Of a stretch of DNA of 64,000 nucleotides, positions 1 to 9,837 are shown one piece after another. Source of the stretch: an uncultured candidate division Zixibacteria bacterium (GTDB lineage Bacteria > Zixibacteria > MSB-5A5 > GN15 > FEB-12); assembly GCA_963735035.1 (NCBI GenBank), contig CAVTJJ010000003.1, positions 640,001 through 704,000 on the forward strand, written 5' to 3'. Position 1 is the first letter of the stretch. Every line of letters begins with the position of its first letter. The position numbers and the translations under genes are program-made. The notes beneath the pieces are model-generated. The model did no database searches. It was given only the letters and a program-made list of their open reading frames with translations, and was not told the origin of the DNA.

Positions 1-2
1 TG

Positions 3-194
3 CCTTACTCGTGGCAGATGTATGTCGGGGCGTTTGTGGCATTCCGGGCTTTCGATGTTGTCAAGATCTGGCCTGCCCGGCAATTGGAGAGCCTCCCGAG
101 TGGTTTCGGGGTGACCATGGACGATGTCGCCGCCGGAATCCAGACGGTTCTGTTCGTTCAGATTGTAATTTACGTGACCGGCCTGTTCATATAG
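3..194 (+). CDS. pgpA: Phosphatidylglycerophosphatase A, C-terminal part (5' end outside the window)
   Basis: Manual translation from position 3 gives ...AFVAFRAFDVVKIWPARQLESLPSGFGVTMDDVAAG...TAG at 192-194. This matches the PgpA FRxFDxxKxWP...GxxxDD motif, and the gene sits upstream of cinA. Confidence 0.85.
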   Translation, partial: PYSWQMYVGAFVAFRAFDVVKIWPARQLESLPSGFGVTMDDVAAGIQTVLFVQIVIYVTGLFI

Positions 195-305
195 CTTGGC
201 GCCGGAAGGGCAAAGGAAGCGTCAGGTCACACCATGCCACGTGCCTGGCAGATGTCCACATCTGCCGGCGCGCACAACAAACGGCGGACAAGATGAGAGT
301 AGTTC

Positions 306-1547
306 ATGAAAGCTGAAATCATCGCCATCGGCGACGAAGTCCTCCTCGGACACATCGTCGACACCAATTCCCCGTTTATCGCCCGGGCCTTGTCCGGTCT
401 CGGCCTGACAATACAGGGCAAGACGGTGGTCGGCGACAGTGTCGAGGCTATGGAAGAAGCTTTCCGCCTGGCCCTCAAACGCTCGCAAATAGTAATCGTC
501 ACCGGCGGCCTGGGACCGACCGACGATGATCTGACCAAGCGGGCAATAGTCAAGGTCTTCAAGCGAAATCTGATTCTCAACGATGAAGTCCTCGATACCA
601 TAACCCAACGGTTCACGGCACGCGGCCTGAACATGCCCGCCCTCAGCCAGAACCAGGCGCTTCTGCCGCAGGGGGCGGTCTTCTTTCCCAACCGCATCGG
701 ATCGGCGGTAGGAATTTGTATAGCCGAACAGGGACGGGTCTTTATCGCCCTGCCGGGTGTGCCGGTCGAAATGTGTCAGATTATGACCGACGAAGTCGTA
801 CCGTACTTGGCCAAGCTCAATATCGCACAGGCCATCAGTGTGGTCACACTTCGCACCACCGGAGCGGGTGAATCGCATTTGTCAGAGCTTATTGCGCCCG
901 ATCTGAAAGTCGAAAACGGCGTCAAGCTCGCCTACCTGCCACATTTTGGATCAGTCGATCTTCGCATCGTGGCGACCGCACCGCAGAGAGCTGAGGCCGA
1001 TGAAAAAGCAGCCCGCCTCGCGCGACATGTCGAGAAGGCGGTCGGCAATTACGTGTTCGGTCGTGGCGATGAAACCCTCGCTGGCGTGGTCGGGCAGTTG
1101 CTCAAAGACAACGACAAGTCGCTTTCAGTGGCCGAATCCTGCACCGCCGGACAACTGGGCATGGCGATTACAGACGTCCCGGGCGCGTCGGCCTATTTCC
1201 GGGGCGGCCTGGTTGCCTACGACAACGACATCAAGATCGCCCAGCTCGGAGTACCCGAGGAAGTTCTAGCACGGCAGGGAGCGGTTTCCGAAGAATGTGC
1301 GACCGTGATGGCGTCCGGCTGCCGCAAGCTGTTCAAGAGTGATTATGCTCTCTCGGTGACCGGGATTGCTGGCCCCGACGGCGGTACGGATGACAAACCG
1401 GTCGGGACGACCTATATCGGCTTTGCATCGGCCCATGCGGCGTATGCGAAGCATTTCCGATTCGGGACCGAGCGCCAGATCAACCGGACGCGTGCAGTCA
1501 ACGCCGCTCTGGAGCTGCTGCGACGAGAGATATTGGATCTCAAATAA
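306..1547 (+). CDS. cinA: Competence/damage-inducible protein A (MoCF-like domain plus PncC NMN deamidase)
   Basis: N-terminal IGDEVLLG..DTN and GGLGPTDDDLT motifs; C-terminal AESCTAG and TGIAGPDGG motifs. Confidence 0.95.
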   Translation: MKAEIIAIGDEVLLGHIVDTNSPFIARALSGLGLTIQGKTVVGDSVEAMEEAFRLALKRSQIVIVTGGLGPTDDDLTKRAIVKVFKRNLILNDEVLDTITQRFTARGLNMPALSQNQALLPQGAVFFPNRIGSAVGICIAEQGRVFIALPGVPVEMCQIMTDEVVPYLAKLNIAQAISVVTLRTTGAGESHLSELIAPDLKVENGVKLAYLPHFGSVDLRIVATAPQRAEADEKAARLARHVEKAVGNYVFGRGDETLAGVVGQLLKDNDKSLSVAESCTAGQLGMAITDVPGASAYFRGGLVAYDNDIKIAQLGVPEEVLARQGAVSEECATVMASGCRKLFKSDYALSVTGIAGPDGGTDDKPVGTTYIGFASAHAAYAKHFRFGTERQINRTRAVNAALELLRREILDLK

Positions 1548-1550
1548 TTC

Positions 1551-1805
1551 ATGAACTCCACCACTCTCCTCGGCTTGCTTGCCGGCGCGTGTACGACTTT
1601 CGGATTCTTGCCTCAACTTGTCAAGATACTGCAGACAAGATCCACGCATGACATTTCGCTCTGGATGTATTTGGTCATCTCGACCGGCATCCTTCTCTGG
1701 CTGATCTACGGCCTGATCATCGGATCAATTCCAGTGATCGCCGCCAATTCCGTCACGCTGATCATTTCCATCATGATATTGATTTTGAAGCTCAAGTATA
1801 AATAG
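1551..1805 (+). CDS. SemiSWEET / PQ-loop transporter
   Basis: 84 aa with 3 TM segments; FLPQ..K...T+ST.DIS, WLIYG and PVIAAN motifs. Confidence 0.9.
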   Translation: MNSTTLLGLLAGACTTFGFLPQLVKILQTRSTHDISLWMYLVISTGILLWLIYGLIIGSIPVIAANSVTLIISIMILILKLKYK

Positions 1806-1825
1806 GGTGTGACCGTCTTCGCCTT

Positions 1826-2113
1826 GGTGCCCCAGCGCTTGCGCTGGGATTCGGCTTTTGTAGGTCGGGTTCACGAACGTCGAGCGGAGCGCGACGCGAG
1901 CAACCCGACATTCCGCTTGCTACATCTTCTCAACGGGGTACCCCACAGCTTGCTGTGGGTTGGTCTGCTATGACAAAATGGGCGGTTGGCGTACGTCCTC
2001 GTGCGCCAACGAGGACGTGGTGGACGAGGACGGCCACCACGCACACAACAATGCCGTCAGGCAGAGACGCCTGACGGCACGTTCACTTGTCCCAGCGCAA
2101 GCGCTGGGGCACC
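1826..2113. repeat. Cluster of REP-like palindromes bracketed by an identical 23-bp inverted pair
   Basis: GGTGCCCCAGCGCTTGCGCTGGG at 1826-1848 and its exact reverse complement at 2091-2113. Inside are a GTAG-headed hairpin (1860-1910), a family-B hairpin (1937-1959) and ACGTCCTCGT-loop hairpins (about 1985-2040). Confidence 0.85.
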
Positions 2114-2143
2114 GGGGCACATTTGTATTCGAAAGCGAATCTT

Positions 2144-3455
<1,312 letters not shown>

Positions 3456-3657
3456 CTAATGCGCTTGCTCTTCCTGTTGAAACTTATCGGCACAAAATCA
3501 GCGAGACAAGAAAATAGTTGGCAGTTGTCCACAGGATGGCGGCAGGTCACAACCTCCCCGCCAAGGCGGGTCGGTCAGGACCTACCGCAACCACGCGAAG
3601 GTCATTTCGGAATGCGTAGCCGGTCTGCCTCAATGGATTCTCGTCTCCCCTTTGCAG

Positions 3658-3708
3658 GTTTCGCCAGGTCCTGACGACGCCCTGCGGCGTTGTGACCTGG
3701 CGACATAC
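3658..3708. repeat. REP-like long hairpin between divergent genes
   Basis: TCGCCAGGTC...GACCTGGCGA outer stem with an inner ACGCC/GGCGT stem. Confidence 0.5.
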
Positions 3709-3786
3709 GCAGCCGTCTTGCCGCCCACGAAAAGGGGATTCATTCTTGCGGCTACACGTCCTCTGATACTATCTTTCCCCCAGCTT

Positions 3787-5202
3787 ATGTCACTTCGTCT
3801 CAAACTCGGGGGCTTCTTTCTAGCGGCGGTGGCCGTGCGGATCGGGTTTCACTACCTCACCGGGTTCACAGCGGACGACGCTTTCATCACTTTCCGCTAC
3901 GCCGAAAATCTCGCCGCCGGACACGGATTCGTCTACAATGTCGGAGAGCGTGTGCTGGGGACGACAACTCCCCTCTTCACCTGGCTTCTGGCGGTTCTGG
4001 CGCTACTTCGAATCCCCCCTATTTCGGCCGCGCTCTTTGTATCATTGGTCTGCTCCGGCCTGACCGCCGCACTACTTTATCGTTTTGCCACCAATCTCCG
4101 CTTTGGGCGACTGGCCTGGATTCCGGCAGTCGTTTACATTCTCTGGCCTCGCTCGGTACCGGCTGACACCTGCGGCATGGAGACGGCTCTCTTCACTCTT
4201 CTGGTCACGGCCGCATTCTACTATCAGCACCGACGGCTCTATTACTACGCCATCGGACTAGTCACTCTGGCCACGTTGACCCGCCCCGAAGGCGCTCTCG
4301 CGCTGCTTCTGCTACTCGCCGCGTCCTGCCGGCGGGACATCAGGGCTTGGAGGACCTTTCTCGCAACACCCGCCCTGCTGCTCCTTCCGTGGCTGGCTTT
4401 TTCGTATTACTACTTTGGCTCGCTGATACCGAACTCGATCACGGCCAAAATCGCCCTGTACAGCCGATTTGGGGCCGACTCCTGGCTGCAGAATCTTGCC
4501 TACTTGCTCGCGCTGCACAACCCTGTCGGCTGGGTGATTCTTATTGCCGCCTGTCTCGGAGGCTGGTGGCTCTACCGAAAGCAGTATTTCGGGTTGATAG
4601 AGGCCGTCTGGTTTACCGCGACCATTCTCTTCTATACTTTCAGTAGCACGCGGCTGTTTTTCTGGTATATCGCCCCGTTATATCCTGTCCTGATTCTATT
4701 CGCATCCGCGGCAGTTGTCTGGCTCTGTGACCGTTGGAAGAGAATGCGAGATCAAATCGCCTGGGTCGAAGCCGCCGCTGCCGTCATAATCGTCGCATCG
4801 ACCGCGCCGGGACTCTATCGCCAGGTAGAACATTTCCGAACTCAGGCGACCTACGCTGAAACCGTTCTCAAACCAGTCGCTTTCTATTTGAAATCACAGG
4901 CTGATCCAAAATTTCAATTCGTGGCTGCCGAAGATATCGGCCATATCGGCTATTATTCCGATTGTCGCATTCTCGACCGCGATGGCCTCATATCGCCTCA
5001 GGCTGTTACCTACAACCGTGACGGTCGCTATCTCGACCTGATTCTCGACACCAAACCGGAATGGGTAGGGGCTGGAGTGGGCAGCCCGATCTCCGGATTT
5101 ATCGATGATCCCCGGTTCACCGAATCGTACTCTCTGGCACAATCATTCCCGCAGAATTCGGCCCCGCAGTATAACCTCTACCGACGAATCAATCGCCCAT
5201 GA
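3787..5202 (+). CDS. Polytopic GT-C-fold glycosyltransferase (arabinofuranosyl/mannosyltransferase-like)
   Basis: DDAFITFRYAENL..G.G.VYN.GERV.G.T.P, GMET and TRPEG motifs; many TM helices. ATG at 3787 preferred over the upstream start, which lies in a repeat. Confidence 0.75.
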   Translation: MSLRLKLGGFFLAAVAVRIGFHYLTGFTADDAFITFRYAENLAAGHGFVYNVGERVLGTTTPLFTWLLAVLALLRIPPISAALFVSLVCSGLTAALLYRFATNLRFGRLAWIPAVVYILWPRSVPADTCGMETALFTLLVTAAFYYQHRRLYYYAIGLVTLATLTRPEGALALLLLLAASCRRDIRAWRTFLATPALLLLPWLAFSYYYFGSLIPNSITAKIALYSRFGADSWLQNLAYLLALHNPVGWVILIAACLGGWWLYRKQYFGLIEAVWFTATILFYTFSSTRLFFWYIAPLYPVLILFASAAVVWLCDRWKRMRDQIAWVEAAAAVIIVASTAPGLYRQVEHFRTQATYAETVLKPVAFYLKSQADPKFQFVAAEDIGHIGYYSDCRILDRDGLISPQAVTYNRDGRYLDLILDTKPEWVGAGVGSPISGFIDDPRFTESYSLAQSFPQNSAPQYNLYRRINRP

Positions 5203-6686
5203 CGAGAATACGATACATATCTGCTTCAATCTTGATATTGATCGGGCTGGCCGCCCTGTTTGGGTTCGAGAGTTTCAAGCAACTCTTTCTGTTTCTCAGC
5301 CCCGACCGCGACGTGACCTCGTTCATGTGGCTGCTCCTGAGAATCTGCCTCGTATCGCTCGGGGTTTCCGGAGCTTTTCTTTTGTTTCTTCGACCGCTGC
5401 TGAGAATTCTTGGACGACTTGATCGGCGTCTTGTCACGACTGACCGACGCACTCTTCTATTTCAGATTCTCATGCTGGCCGCTGCAGTCCGTGGGCTGGT
5501 GGTCGCCCTGATGCCGTTCAACCTCTGGCAGGATTTTCAGTGTTACGATGACCTCGGTTGGCAATGGACCACCGACGGCGGCTATTTCAACGGTACCCAC
5601 CTGACCGCCTACTGGCCTCCCGGGTATCCGTTCTGGCTATCGCGCCTCTATTGGGTGTTCGGACACCATCCGCAGATGGCCGCAGTCGCCAACATCTTCC
5701 TCGGGACTGCAACCGTGCTGCTGGCGTACCTGCTGGTGCGACGTCTCTGGGGTGAGCGGATTGGGCGATGGACCCTGCTTCTCATGGCCGTCTTCCCCAG
5801 TCAGGCGTTCTTCACGAATGTGCTGGCATCGGAACTGCTCTTTACGCCCCTGTTTCTGGCGGCGTTGCTGTTTCTCACGATGGGAATTCGCAAACAAAGT
5901 TGGGTATTCATCGTCTTATCGGGCGGAATCGTGCTGGGATTGGCCACCCTGACGCGTACCATAACCGCCCTCTTTCTTGTACCGGTGGCCATCTATTGGT
6001 TTCTGGAGCTGCGAAAGTTCAGAGCCGTAGCGACGCGACTTGTGGTCGGTCTTGTCGGGTTCCTGCTGGTAGTTACGCCCTGGGTCGTGCGCAACCATTA
6101 CGCGATCGGCCGCGCCTGCTTGAGCAGCAACAGCGGGATCAACCTGTTCATAGGCAACCAGCCATCTTCAGGGATGGGGTACAATCATCGTGCCGCCCTC
6201 GAATTCGAACTCTGGGATCCGTCGAAAGAAGCATACATCGACAGCGCCGCCTCGGTCCGAGGCTGGGACTATATCAAAGAAAAGCCCCTGGCGTTTGTCC
6301 GTCGGGGAATCTTCAAATCCATGTTTCTGTACGCCACCGATGTCGATGCCCTGGACTTCCAAATGTTCCAGACTGCTGAGAACGGGGACGGCGGCAAGTG
6401 GCTGCTCATTGCCTCGGTCGTTCAGTCGTTCTATCTGGTCGTGCTGTTGCTGGCGTTTTCGGGAATTTGGATCGTCCTGAAATCGCGAGTTCACCGGGAC
6501 AGCGGCACCTGGCTGGTACTAATGACGCTAGCCTATTGGACCAGCGTGCATTTTGTCTTTTTCTCAATCGGCCGGTTCCATTACCCGGTGATTCCATTAA
6601 TAGCGGCTCTATCGGCGGTTTCTCTTGCCCGGCAGATCGATCTTAATGGGACGCCCCGGACTGGGACTTCCTCCGGAACAAAGTAA
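5199..6686 (+). CDS. ArnT/PMT (GT39/GT83-like) membrane glycosyltransferase
   Basis: TAYWPPGYP, SE.LF, PWVVRN and RFHYP motifs; 4-bp overlap with the upstream gene. Confidence 0.8.
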   Translation: MTRIRYISASILILIGLAALFGFESFKQLFLFLSPDRDVTSFMWLLLRICLVSLGVSGAFLLFLRPLLRILGRLDRRLVTTDRRTLLFQILMLAAAVRGLVVALMPFNLWQDFQCYDDLGWQWTTDGGYFNGTHLTAYWPPGYPFWLSRLYWVFGHHPQMAAVANIFLGTATVLLAYLLVRRLWGERIGRWTLLLMAVFPSQAFFTNVLASELLFTPLFLAALLFLTMGIRKQSWVFIVLSGGIVLGLATLTRTITALFLVPVAIYWFLELRKFRAVATRLVVGLVGFLLVVTPWVVRNHYAIGRACLSSNSGINLFIGNQPSSGMGYNHRAALEFELWDPSKEAYIDSAASVRGWDYIKEKPLAFVRRGIFKSMFLYATDVDALDFQMFQTAENGDGGKWLLIASVVQSFYLVVLLLAFSGIWIVLKSRVHRDSGTWLVLMTLAYWTSVHFVFFSIGRFHYPVIPLIAALSAVSLARQIDLNGTPRTGTSSGTK

Positions 6687-6807
6687 CTGGACAGACCGTT
6701 GCGACTACTATAGATAGTGCCGGGCGTTGTCTTCCTGATCGTAATAATTCTTGCCGTCTGTCCGATATGGTAAGAATAGAACGTGTTTGAACCGAAAGTA
6801 TGAACCT

Positions 6808-7752
6808 ATGAAGTATCTTGTTACCGGTGGCGCCGGATTTATCGGCTCCAATATTGTCGAAAAACTGCTACAACTGGGCCACGAAGTCCGTGTCCTAGAT
6901 GATTTCTCTTCAGGTCGTAGGGAAAATATTGCCGCTTTCGGCAAGAACATTGATCTGATCGAAGGCGATATCCGCGATTTCGAAACCGCCTGCAAATCCG
7001 TCAAAGGGATGGACTTTGTGCTCCACCAGGCGGCGTTGCCGTCGGTCCCCCGGTCGGTGGCCGATCCTATGACTTCCAACGCCGTTAACATCACCGGCAC
7101 GCTGAATATGTTGGAAGCTGCTCGTCGCGAGGGCGTAAAGAGATTCGTAATAGCTTCGTCATCGTCTGTTTACGGCGAATCCGAGGAACTTCCAAAACAT
7201 GAGAAGATGATCCCGTCGCCGCTGTCACCGTACGCGGTCAACAAGATCACCGATGAATACTACTGCCGGGTGTACTGGGGACTTTATCAGTTGCCGACCG
7301 TCTGCCTGAGATATTTCAACGTCTTCGGACCGCGTCAGGATCCGAAGAGTGAATACGCCGCCGTGATACCACGATTCATTACCGCCCTACAAACAGGGAC
7401 ACAGCCGACTGTTTACGGCGACGGTGGTCAGTCGCGTGACTTTACTTATGTCGAGAACGCGGTCAATGCCAACATCCTGGCGTCCGAGACCGATTCGATG
7501 TCCGGAGGTGTCTTCAACTGCGCATGCGGCGCTCAATACACGCTCAATCAATTGCTCGACAAACTTCGCAAGATCATCGGCTCCGAACTACAGGCGCATT
7601 ACGATCCTCCGCGTGCCGGAGATATCCGTCATTCGTTCGCCGCCGTCGACAAGATCAAGAAGCAGGGCTTCAAGGTGACGGTTGATTTTGAGGAAGGTTT
7701 GAAGCGAACCGTGGCGTTCTTCGCCGGCCAACCGGTAAGCAAAGCGCGCTGA
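6808..7752 (+). CDS. NAD-dependent epimerase/dehydratase (UDP-GlcNAc/UDP-Glc 4-epimerase, WbpP-like)
   Basis: TGGAGFIG, HQAALPSVPRS, YxxxK (YAVNK) and RYFNVFGPRQDP motifs. Confidence 0.9.
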   Translation: MKYLVTGGAGFIGSNIVEKLLQLGHEVRVLDDFSSGRRENIAAFGKNIDLIEGDIRDFETACKSVKGMDFVLHQAALPSVPRSVADPMTSNAVNITGTLNMLEAARREGVKRFVIASSSSVYGESEELPKHEKMIPSPLSPYAVNKITDEYYCRVYWGLYQLPTVCLRYFNVFGPRQDPKSEYAAVIPRFITALQTGTQPTVYGDGGQSRDFTYVENAVNANILASETDSMSGGVFNCACGAQYTLNQLLDKLRKIIGSELQAHYDPPRAGDIRHSFAAVDKIKKQGFKVTVDFEEGLKRTVAFFAGQPVSKAR

Positions 7753-7775
7753 CATTTGCAAAAAGATGTTTCATG

Positions 7776-7812
7776 AAGCCTGGTTGACACCGTTGTCAGC
7801 CGGGCTTTTTTT
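7776..7812 (+). terminator. Rho-independent terminator
   Basis: AAGCCTGGTTGACA-ccgt-TGTCAGCCGGGCTT stem followed by a T run, just after the epimerase stop. Confidence 0.75.
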
Positions 7813-7841
7813 GATTCACGGGCGGGCCTACGGATGCGTGC

Positions 7842-8020
7842 GTGGTGGACGTCCTCGTCCACCACGTTTTCTTTTGTCTCAAGGACGGTACCCCACGGCT
7901 TGCCGTGGGTTCGGTGGTAGATGGTGGGCGGCAAAGCCTGCCCCGGACTTGATCCGGGGTCCTCGTCTGCCCCTCATCGACTCTTAAAAAGTTACTGATG
8001 CCCCACGGCAGAGCTGTGGG
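7842..8020. repeat. REP-like palindrome cluster
   Basis: GTGGTGGACGTCCTCGTCCACCAC (7842-7865), GGTACCCCACGGCTTGCCGTGGG (7887-7909) and further related hairpins up to about 8020. Confidence 0.8.
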
Positions 8021-8053
8021 CTTCGCGGTGCATCAGTACTGCGGGCAACCAGC

Positions 8054-8833
8054 TTACTTCCTTAGTTCTTTTTCAGTCGCTTCTTCCGGGCCGAGCAGGT
8101 GCGCCTCGTAGAGTTCGTATTGCCTCCAATCCTCCCTGTCAGGTCGGTATTTGAATACGCACGTCCAGCCGTCGGGTGACCAACGAATATCCCTTACCCA
8201 GCGCCCGCGGCATTCACCGTCTTGAGCGTATCCGCCACCGCCATTGAAGACCAGTTCACCCGCATCGCCACGATGGGCTATGTACAAGTCGGCGAAATCG
8301 CTGTAGGCGATCAACGGGATAGTCGGCCCGTATTGTGGTGGCTGGGTCTGCACGTACGAGCGCAATACTATCTTGCTTAGACCGACAAGATCATATTGCA
8401 CCACCGAAGCACTTCCATAATCCTCGCCTATGAATTCTGTCTCCGCTGCGACGCACGAACGCTTGTCTCCGTCGAAAGAAAGGCTGGAAAATCCGTACGC
8501 ACTTGTGTCGAGCAAGACTGTGTCCCTGCCGCACAGATATATGGCTCCGGGGGCGAACCGGTCCAGGCCTCCTTCGGAATCGTAGTCCTCAAACTGCTCA
8601 CGCTGGTACTGCACCAACACCACTGAATCATTCAGGACGTAATCTGTACGCACCAGCGAATCGCCCAAATTCGTGACTTTGCCCGGTGGTGCGTTCAAGG
8701 CCGCCAGGTACCAGTCGGGCGCCTTGTCGATCTTTCTAACCTGCCAATCGGAACAGACTTGTGGTTGCCCTTGTGCGGGTAGCACACAGCACAGGAACAA
8801 GCCGACAATGACTTCCAGCTTTGCCTTACCCAT
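8054..8833 (-). CDS. Hypothetical secreted protein (possible beta-propeller fragment)
   Basis: Purine-rich SD before ATG 8833; signal-peptide-like N-terminus; a WSPDG (PD40-like) motif near the C-terminus. Confidence 0.6.
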   Translation of the reverse strand: MGKAKLEVIVGLFLCCVLPAQGQPQVCSDWQVRKIDKAPDWYLAALNAPPGKVTNLGDSLVRTDYVLNDSVVLVQYQREQFEDYDSEGGLDRFAPGAIYLCGRDTVLLDTSAYGFSSLSFDGDKRSCVAAETEFIGEDYGSASVVQYDLVGLSKIVLRSYVQTQPPQYGPTIPLIAYSDFADLYIAHRGDAGELVFNGGGGYAQDGECRGRWVRDIRWSPDGWTCVFKYRPDREDWRQYELYEAHLLGPEEATEKELRK

Positions 8834-9042
8834 GTTGATTCTCCCTCTCATTACCGTAAAGAATACATTGCCCCGCGATTTGACGTCGCATGATGCGAAC
8901 ATACTCCTCGCCCGCGTTCCTGTCAATAGTGTCCGGAAGAGAGTCCGGCAGGGCTGGGACCCTGCCGATCATTGGAAGATACCATCGCGCGAGTCAAGAA
9001 TGGCCGGTTCGAAGACCGACCTTCCCTGCAAGAGAACTCCAG

Positions 9043-9558
9043 CTATATCGAAAACCGCCAGCCGCAGTAATGCCCCTTGCCGGCTTCCGGGTCGGGCGGG
9101 CAACATATCACGGTCGTCTTGATGCGCGGATCGATCGTCCGCGCAAACTCGGTATATTCAACAACCCCGACCAACTTGCACGGGAACAACGGCAGTTGCT
9201 TCCGTTCACGCGCCGACTGCACCCGACAATCGATCATATAGAAATCAAACGATGTTTCGGTCTCGTTGCGGATTTCCTGCGTATTGATGAAGGCATAGAG
9301 ACGATACTGAAGCGCCTTCTTCAAGCCGGCCAGACCGCTTCCCGGACGGATCTTGTGCAGCGCCATGATCCGTTGGGCTTCTATTACGGTGAACTTCTCC
9401 CAGGCCTGCTTATCCAGATCGATGGCCGTATCCATGTCGGTGTGTTTCTCGACCGCCTGAAACCAGAGGCCGTCGTGTGCCAGCCAGTTCTTGGCGAAAT
9501 CGGCTATCATGGCTTCAAGCGTCTCTCTGTCCAGGTGCTTAAGTTGGTCAAACATCAA
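9043..9558 (-). CDS. DUF6125-like protein
   Basis: KNWLAHDGLWFQAVE, CRVQ.AR and CCPPD...CGWRF motifs; SD AGGAG upstream. Confidence 0.75.
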   Translation of the reverse strand: MMFDQLKHLDRETLEAMIADFAKNWLAHDGLWFQAVEKHTDMDTAIDLDKQAWEKFTVIEAQRIMALHKIRPGSGLAGLKKALQYRLYAFINTQEIRNETETSFDFYMIDCRVQSARERKQLPLFPCKLVGVVEYTEFARTIDPRIKTTVICCPPDPEAGKGHYCGWRFSI

Positions 9559-9777
9559 TTTCGTCTCCTGAAGCTTCTTGTTCGGCTCCCACTATAAACC
9601 GGACGGGGTCTTTACAAAAGAAACTTCTGGGTCTATCTTGTCTGTTACGAGTAGTAGTATGTACAACCCTCTGCGGATAGCATGCAGCCGCCCGGCACCG
9701 ACTCCTTTCGACTGTCATCACTGCCTGATAATATGTTGTGTCATAAACAGTTAGTCAGCCTTCTCGGTCATCGACTG

Positions 9778-9793
9778 CGGCATGGTTTTCGCT
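9778..9793 (+). promoter_or_regulatory. Putative sigma54 -24/-12 promoter of the S8 peptidase gene
   Basis: CGGCATGGTTTTCGCT has GG-N10-GC spacing, about 45 bp upstream of ATG 9838. Confidence 0.4.
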
Positions 9794-9837
9794 TTGCATA
9801 CCGCTACGGTAGCCTCGTCTATACTTTGGAGATCTTG

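Noticed and set aside
1826..2113. Possible CRISPR array or integron attC sites in the palindrome clusters
   Set aside because: No regularly spaced identical direct repeats with unique spacers, no RYYYAAC/GTTRRRY ends, and no cas or integrase genes.
3484..3491. sigma28 -10 element GCCGATAA upstream of eno (minus strand)
   Set aside because: No TAAA at 15-bp spacing; a TTGTCT-N17-TAAGTT sigma70-like reading fits as well.
3524..3532. DnaA-box-like TTGTCCACA
   Set aside because: A single mismatched box with no cluster, AT-rich unwinding element or dnaA context.
8890..9597. 235-aa plus-strand ORF and the many similar antisense ORFs in the track (e.g. 222-878, 15848-16489, 59150-60109)
   Set aside because: Shadow frames of well-supported opposite-strand genes in GC-rich DNA.
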